Shown piece after piece: positions 54,655 to 54,818 of a stretch of DNA of 54,818 nucleotides (position 1 is its first letter; each line of letters starts with the position of its first letter). Origin of the DNA: Gemmatimonadota bacterium (GTDB lineage: Bacteria; Gemmatimonadota; Gemmatimonadetes; Gemmatimonadales; GWC2-71-9); NCBI GenBank assembly GCA_029262155.1, contig JAJCZW010000004.1, positions 1 to 54,818 on the forward strand, given 5' to 3'. The notes below the pieces were generated by a model. It was given only the letters and a program-made list of their open reading frames with translations. It was not told the DNA's origin and searched no databases. Position numbers and translations under genes: made by a program.

Positions 54655-54818
54655 GCGTCCTCGGTTCCTTGGTCCGGCTAACGATTCTGCGCTTGACCCG
54701 CGGGCGCGCTGTGCGCCAGCGGGGCGGCGCCATCAATAGAGAAGAAAGATGAAGCGCGCCAGCCCGCCGCGCAAATAGCGCGCGCCCGTCGGCGTCCATG
54801 CGCCTGTTAGACCGCGCG

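Overview
54.8-kb high-GC bacterial chromosomal window. The gene families (expanded 6-bladed beta-propeller lipoproteins, paired M16 peptidases, small TonB/SPOR proteins) look Gemmatimonadota-like, but I cannot verify that without a database search. I support about 50 protein-coding genes, one tRNA-Phe(GAA), no rRNA and no CRISPR array. From 3.3 to 21 kb is a minus-strand housekeeping block: ddl, a cystathionine-beta-synthase-type enzyme, a TonB-C protein, mutS, a SPOR protein, holA, a NUDIX hydrolase, two M16 peptidases, YdcF, a beta-CASP hydrolase, upp and OmpW. Many of these genes overlap by 4 nt. From 21 to 47 kb the content is mixed: desaturase, DUF1801, alpha/beta hydrolase, an ArsR+SRPBCC pair, a membrane M28 peptidase, TetR, an APC permease, an amidohydrolase, otsA, an otsB-GH15 fusion, MgtC/DUF4010, and GntR with a large secreted protein. 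This part also holds several gene remnants. There are two repeat systems. One is a RAYT (IS200-like Y1 transposase) flanked by four 135-142 nt multi-hairpin REP units (2.28-3.32 kb). The other is a family built on the perfect 22-bp palindrome GGGGCGACGCATGCGTCGCCCC, at six intergenic sites between 26.8 and 32.6 kb. The right end (47-54.8 kb) looks accessory: two beta-propeller lipoprotein genes bracket a small signal-peptide-bearing 8-Cys peptide gene, followed by IS30 and IS3 debris and an AbrB-type antitoxin/Doc toxin pair whose Doc has Gln in place of the Fic-motif His. Last is a tightly overlapping three-gene cassette: a PD-(D/E)xK-like protein, a Hanks-type Ser/Thr kinase, and a ~430-aa protein with no motif I recognise. 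That cassette is my best candidate for an undescribed system, probably defence or abortive-infection type. The propeller/Cys-peptide locus is second. All functional calls come from reading the translated ORFs and motifs; no searches were run.
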